DNA of 64,000 bases from Eledone cirrhosa (lineage: Eukaryota). The DNA lies in NCBI GenBank assembly GCA_964016885.1, contig OZ024741.1, positions 177,754,001 through 177,818,000 on the forward strand, given 5' to 3'. Under the pieces are notes generated by a model that saw only the letters and a list, made by a program, of their open reading frames with translations, was not told the origin of the DNA and made no database searches. Position 1 is the first letter of the stretch, and each line of letters begins with the position of its first letter. This document shows positions 57,476-64,000 of this stretch, one piece after another. The translations under genes were made by a program, and so were the position numbers.

Positions 57476-58038
<563 letters not shown>

Positions 58039-58849
58039 ACATATATATACTTGTATATATACACTTATGTATACATACATTTGTACGTAAACATATATAT
58101 ATATATGTATATGCATATGTATTGATTCCCATAACCAATTCCCATTTACTTTTTGTGTATACAAATCTGATCACTTGTTATTTGTTATCCTAAATTATAA
58201 AATAGAAAGAAATGAAACAAATTTTTTTTTTAATTCTTGAATTTCATATTATTTCAGAAGTTGATTGGCACCGTGCCAATATAGTTATAACCCATTTCAT
58301 TTACAGAAATTGTGATTATTTCCTTCAAAATCAAACCCAAATCTATTTGATATTTGCAAATAGTTACAGATACATCAAATGAATTTAGACCCCATTGAAT
58401 GAGAAAATGCGCACCTGGTAATTATGAGATTGTAGTTTCAGTCACACTGAATGGAATATTCTGCAAATCACTTTACCATAGCCTGGGGCTTGCCTAAACC
58501 TTTTGTGGTCATCCGACTAGGCAGATGGGAGAGTGTCGGACTTTTACTTTATTAGGGAACTGAATTGTCATCATTGATGAAACAGACTATCCACTACAAT
58601 TAGCAAATTCATAGTCAAAATCCCGTACCGGTCTTGTACGATATCCGTCGTTCTCGACACATAATCTAGTGGTTTCTGTCAACGGAAATGACGTCTCATT
58701 GACTTAAAGAGTAAGCGGTTGAACATTCCACAGACCCGAGTTCACATAACGTCATTCTCGGACAGATTCATGCTGACATATTGGGTAACATGGCCGTTTG
58801 CTTGAGTTACAGGGACAACAGGTTTTTACTAGCTTAGTTAACTGGCCAA

Positions 58850-58952
58850 ACGTGAAATATAATAACTTGCGCTAGGACACATGCCCCCCCCCCCCCCTAT
58901 CCGGGAATCTAACTTTTGACCCTGCGATTGCGAGCCCAGAGCTCTATCCACA
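58850..58952 (-). mobile_element. Degenerate SINE family B head
   Basis: cttgc.ctaggacac...cgattgcgagccc..ctcta.cca. Confidence 0.55.
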
Positions 58953-59214
58953 ATGTTTTCTTATCTACACTGTTTCTAATTAGCGAATCTGAGCTGATCA
59001 TAGATTAACTTAGTCCTTAGGTTTGTATTAGTTAGTCACTAACGTAATATATTGCTCAATTAAGTATAACTGAGTTTCAGCAATTCAGACAGTAACTATT
59101 GACATACCTTATGGAAATATAAGGAAGAGCTATCATGACATCAACAAATGATTCTAATTTACATGATAGAGTACAAGAGTGTACATGAGCTACATTATTG
59201 AAATCACAGTAAGG

Positions 59215-59430
59215 ATGGTGATACGACACAGTCAGTAGAGCGTCGGAAAAATCCTTAGAAGCGTTTTTCCGACATTCTAGGTTCTGGGTTGAAATCATGC
59301 CATAGTCAACTGTGTATTTTATCATATTAGGCTCGATGAAATAAAGAATTATTCCATTAATGGGGTGGATATAATCATATTTTTCTTCTCCCAAAATTGC
59401 TGGCCTTCTGGGAAAATTAGAAACAATAAT
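59215..59430 (+). mobile_element. Diverged SINE family A copy
   Basis: B-box-like gggttgaaatc and 3' part cccaaaattgctggcctt..agaaacaat. Confidence 0.7.
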
Positions 59431-59675
59431 TAAATAACATTCCAGAGGGACAGCGCAGAAAACATCATTTAATAATGGGAATTCAATGCAAGTAATACTT
59501 CATTTAAAGGAAGGTTTCAAGCTTAACACAGACAACCATGAAAACTCTCATTCAATACGTAACGCTCATAGTGCTTATATCAGTGAACTATGACACAGAG
59601 TATATCATGTAATTGAACTCTGTACAAAATCATTCAATGTAAAGTACCGTATATATCAAGACAGTATGCATCTGT

Positions 59676-59719
<44 letters not shown>

Positions 59720-61147
59720 ACTCGTTCGATTAGGTAGATATTATGCTGACAGTCTATTGACCACCTCGTGATACGTCTTCATAAAGATATTCAATAGATG
59801 TTAAGAATTAGTCTGAGTAGAAATGGTTTAATCAAACAGAAAGACAGATATGCATTCATGCATATGTAATGTTCATTAATCATTTTCTTCAACATGTTCT
59901 CTGAGGAGAAAACAAATATTTCATTAAATATTCATATTTCTTCATTTCCTTCTTCCTGTCTCTATGCTGTCATGGCTTGGTAGATTCTGAGAGGGGAAAA
60001 AATTGCCCATGTTGAAATAGATGTTTAATAATTATATATGCATAAGTTACAGATAGACGATTGGATAGAATATCAGCCTGTAAGTCAAATGACGTCACAT
60101 CGTTTCAAATTACATTTGTGGACAATACTTTTTGCTCTCAAAGATCCTTATATTATGAAACCCTTCTATAAGAAGAGGTAGAGAGAATTTACTACACCGG
60201 CCATCTGTCATAATATACGAACTGCATTAGATTCGCGGCCAACATCTTTTATTGTAATGATGATTGTATTGTGAAATATATATTGTGAGATGAAATAAAG
60301 TGTAATTGCTAAGCCTGCCAATTACACAGTGTATAGTTACCAGAATACTTGACAAATATTTTCATTTAGATGCAAATGTAGAACTTGAGAACGTTACTCT
60401 TTATTACCATATATCATACACGTTTACGCGGCCATGCGTATATCTAATAATGAAATGTTAAGAGATTCCTCAAGGATCACACATAGCTGAGATAAATAGT
60501 TATCTATCGACTAAATGGTAACTGATATATAAGTTGCATATATTGTTAACTCGAGTTACTGAGGAACTAGGAAAATATACATTATTAGAATAGCTTCCAC
60601 TGTAAATTGAAAGATTCGATTGTATGTTACAATATATTCTGCAAGAAATTATGCAGATGTATATGCGACATATATGAGATGAAACCTTACAATGCACAAT
60701 AGACTCTTCAATAAAATAATGTGCTCTACTTGAAGCATCAATGCATTAAATGTAAGGTATTTCAAGTTAGTAGATGTCTTCATTAGCACAATACCACACA
60801 TTTGAACATGGCAACCATATATATTTTGAGTGTTCTGTTCATTTTAGAGATAATGTTTATTCAAACCATATATATTATATGCATTAATTTGTACAATTCT
60901 TTTGACACCTATAATGCAATGCCAATATGGTTCAGAATAGATTAAATTAGTTCTACATTTCTTTATTCTACGGGTAAGTATGTAAATATCGTATACTTAG
61001 ATGACATCTTTATTCTGAATGTTTATATTTATAAACGAATCCATCCCTTTTATAACAACACTACAACACCTAATTTGGGGGAAGCGTATAGTTGATTTAA
61101 TCGAACCTGCTATTTTAATGCAGTCAATCTTAGATTGATTTCAAAAT

Positions 61148-61510
61148 AATTTTTTCTACTTTAGGCACAAGGCCAGTAATTACCCAGTACATTACTGGTA
61201 CTTTATTTTATCGACCTCGTAAGGATGAAAGGCAAAGTTAACCTCGGCAGGATTTGAACTCAGAATGTCAATGGCCGTAACTCTATGCGTCAAAGCATGG
61301 CATCCGACCCTCTACCAATACTGCTAATCCACCGCCCTGATTGATTTCAAAATAATTGTTTCTACTTTTGGCACAAGGCCTGCAATTAAATCAGTGCATT
61401 ATTGGTACTTTATTTTATCGACCCCGTAAGGATGAAAGGCAAAGTTAACCTCGGCGGGATTTGAACTCAGAATGTATCTCTATGCGTCAAAGCATGGCAT
61501 CCGACCCTCA
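61148..61510 (-). mobile_element. Two tandem SINE family A copies (local duplication)
   Basis: gattgatttcaaaataatt flank duplicated at 61133 and 61339. Confidence 0.85.
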
Positions 61511-63724
61511 AAATAATGTTTGCCAAATTCACTTAAATGAGATATCAACTCAAATTTTTAATGTTCTTAAATTTGCTAAATTTTAAACAGCCTGACGCGT
61601 ATGTCTGTCTGGTCAGACGCTGCCTATCAGCATACCAAACAGATACAAATAATACTATATTTTTTTTTTCACTTCATTTTAATTCGATTTCAAATTTCTT
61701 TTACTTACAAATATTTTCACTCAAACTCCCCCCACTTTCCACTGAATATATGCGAAAATATTTCTTTCATCACTCGCAAATTTAAAACCAATTAAATTAT
61801 TAAAATAATTGTAGAGAATGATAATTCGAAGTTATCAGTTTAAATGTTAACATCTTTTAGCTTAACATTGCTTAGCCCATATATTTCTCTCACGTGTGAT
61901 ATTTTTCATTTTTTAAAACAAGAGATTTGACGAAGATGTGCCTGGTATTTCTAGCTTCTTGATTAACCACAAGGAAGCAAATTCGTTGTCTTCTTAAAGG
62001 TGGTTTGCCAACCATTATGCATGTACATAGCTGGATGTTTATACTGCTAACATCAGACATGTATATTGTATAATAATTATCTACGTTACTTAGTAATAAT
62101 ATATTGCATTCCAACAAACTAGTACGTTATACAGTATAAACAAAACTGTGTTATATTTGTAAAACGAGAAAATAAATTACAACTGGTATTTCAATCGTTG
62201 CTTTTGACTGTAGATATAAAATAAATATATTATATCTTTAACGGCTTTCTTCGCCTTTTTTATCATATAACCATGTCGTATCAAATAAAACAGAGTCTTT
62301 GAATTCGCATTGCCTGTGAGACTTTACTGAGAAATGTGATTCACTGAACCAAAGGGAAACCTCGTATGATATATAACAAAGTGTTTGGCGGTTTCTCTCT
62401 GCAAAAATAAGAAGATATATTGCAAAGGCGAGGAATAAGTACTGTTAACGAAATGATCTTTACTGTTGTATATTACTTGCGAAACTTTTTGTGCTACTGC
62501 ATAATATCTGTCATATTACCAACCATTTCTTTTTACTTATAACGGTTTGTTTTTTCTTGTTGTTGTTTTATTTTCTTCTAATACATGAAATAAACATAGA
62601 AAGGTTTAGCGCTTCTCTCATAAATGCGATGAATAATTTGTATTCTGGTAAGAAAATATTTTATATTAATGTATTTCTTTTGAGTAGTATATATGTTCAA
62701 CTTCTTTTATCTCTCTTTGAACACAAGTGTCAAAAATTATTTTTTTTATTTCATCTCACCACTTATATATATATATAATATATGTGTGTGTATGTGTATA
62801 TGAGTGTGTGTCTGTAATGATAATAGTAATAATGATTGCGTAGGTTGTCAATACACATTCGTTTCTGACCTTATGAGTTTCTTTCATTCGATTGCATCAA
62901 ATGGTAGAATTAAGTGTCATTCTTCCTTTCGACTAGTTTGTTATTATTTTCTCTGGGAAATTACATAAATACGGAGAGGTATCTCATTACTACTGATTGG
63001 TATAGGTTACACTTGTTACGCGAAATGTTTCTTTAATATTCTGGCTAACAAGGGATATAGAAACAGATATAGAAACAGTAACAACGACAATAACGATGAC
63101 AACGTCTACATCAACAGCAAGATTGACAACAACAATGACAAGGGTAACAATGCTGAATTAAAACTATAATCACAAAATATTTACATTAAAACTGACTAAA
63201 CGCTGACTTGCATCTAGAAAAAAAAAATAAACACATAAAAAAATGATATAAAGCAAACAGACTCTGTGGTTATGTATCAGAAGTAACGTCAAAGAGTTAG
63301 TATTGTGTGACCTAAACGTCAATACAAGTAATGGTATTGATCCTAACATCAGCAAAAAACCAAACATTGAAAGATGTTTATATGCCAAAACTTGTACATA
63401 TTTTGTGGGGAAACGTATGGTGGAATGCAACGTGTATATCTTTGTAATTTAAATAAATGCCGTAATTGAAAATATGGTTTTCAAATATAACCACAAGGAT
63501 ATGATTATTATATGGATTGGAGTATGAGAGGTAAGTTGGTATATTTTTATAAACTTTGTATGTATGTGTGGCCCTGTAATTCCTAAGGGAGGTACAGGGA
63601 CGCCGTATTGCAACATGGCGTTTCTATAGCACTTTAAAACCTGGGAAGGTCATCTTCTCTCCAGGTTTGAATACAGAAAAGGATAGGGAGAAAGAAAAAA
63701 ATACATATAGAGAAATATAGAGAA

Positions 63725-63870
63725 AGAATCGACACCAGTTCTTAACTGGTACTTTTTATTGACCTCGAATGTAAGAAAGGCAAATTTGAGCTCGGTGGAA
63801 GCAGAAAGTCGAAACGAATACTGGAACGCATTCTATCCGATGTTCTAACGACTCTGTTAATTCGCCACCA
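63725..63870 (-). mobile_element. Diverged SINE family A copy
   Basis: actggtactttt..gacctcgaa..gaaaggcaaa..ctcggtgga. Confidence 0.7.
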
Positions 63871-64000
63871 TTATAATTTCTAGATCTTGAAATAGAATTT
63901 AGCTGTGTTTCTTGCGGCTCACAAAAGTACGGCAAATTTTCGAGGGTTAACTATTCATTTACAAAAAGGCACGTTAGATCACATTAGGCAAATACTAATC

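Overview
AT-rich, microsatellite-laden eukaryotic DNA, most likely from a coleoid cephalopod such as an octopus (inferred from repeat content, not proven). I see no intact host gene, and most ORF-track entries are (TA)n/(CA)n artefacts. The recognisable content is mobile DNA: three unrelated Penelope-like (PLE) protein-coding relics (1-1273 open across the part in the window; 9.3-10.1 kb; 44.5-46.7 kb, Hydra-clade-like) plus a fourth fragment at 32.1 kb, two RTE-like LINEs, a Tx1/L1 3' end, three CRE-like endonuclease fragments, a Buster/Charlie hAT transposon with an 8-bp TSD, and two tRNA-derived SINE families. Two patterns stand out. (1) About 17 type-I hammerhead ribozyme motifs, roughly 6 of them intact-looking, from at least 8 different sequence families. 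They sit in short non-coding foldback or partial-tandem elements that mostly abut (TA)n tracts, and two families carry a conserved octamer/PSE-like/TATA cassette upstream of the ribozyme. (2) Several stretches of apparently anonymous AT-rich spacer, read by eye, give collinear S1-M1-M3-S2 motifs of ionotropic glutamate (NMDA/IR-like) receptors with no introns, suggesting a decayed tandem receptor gene cluster. Both patterns need computational confirmation.
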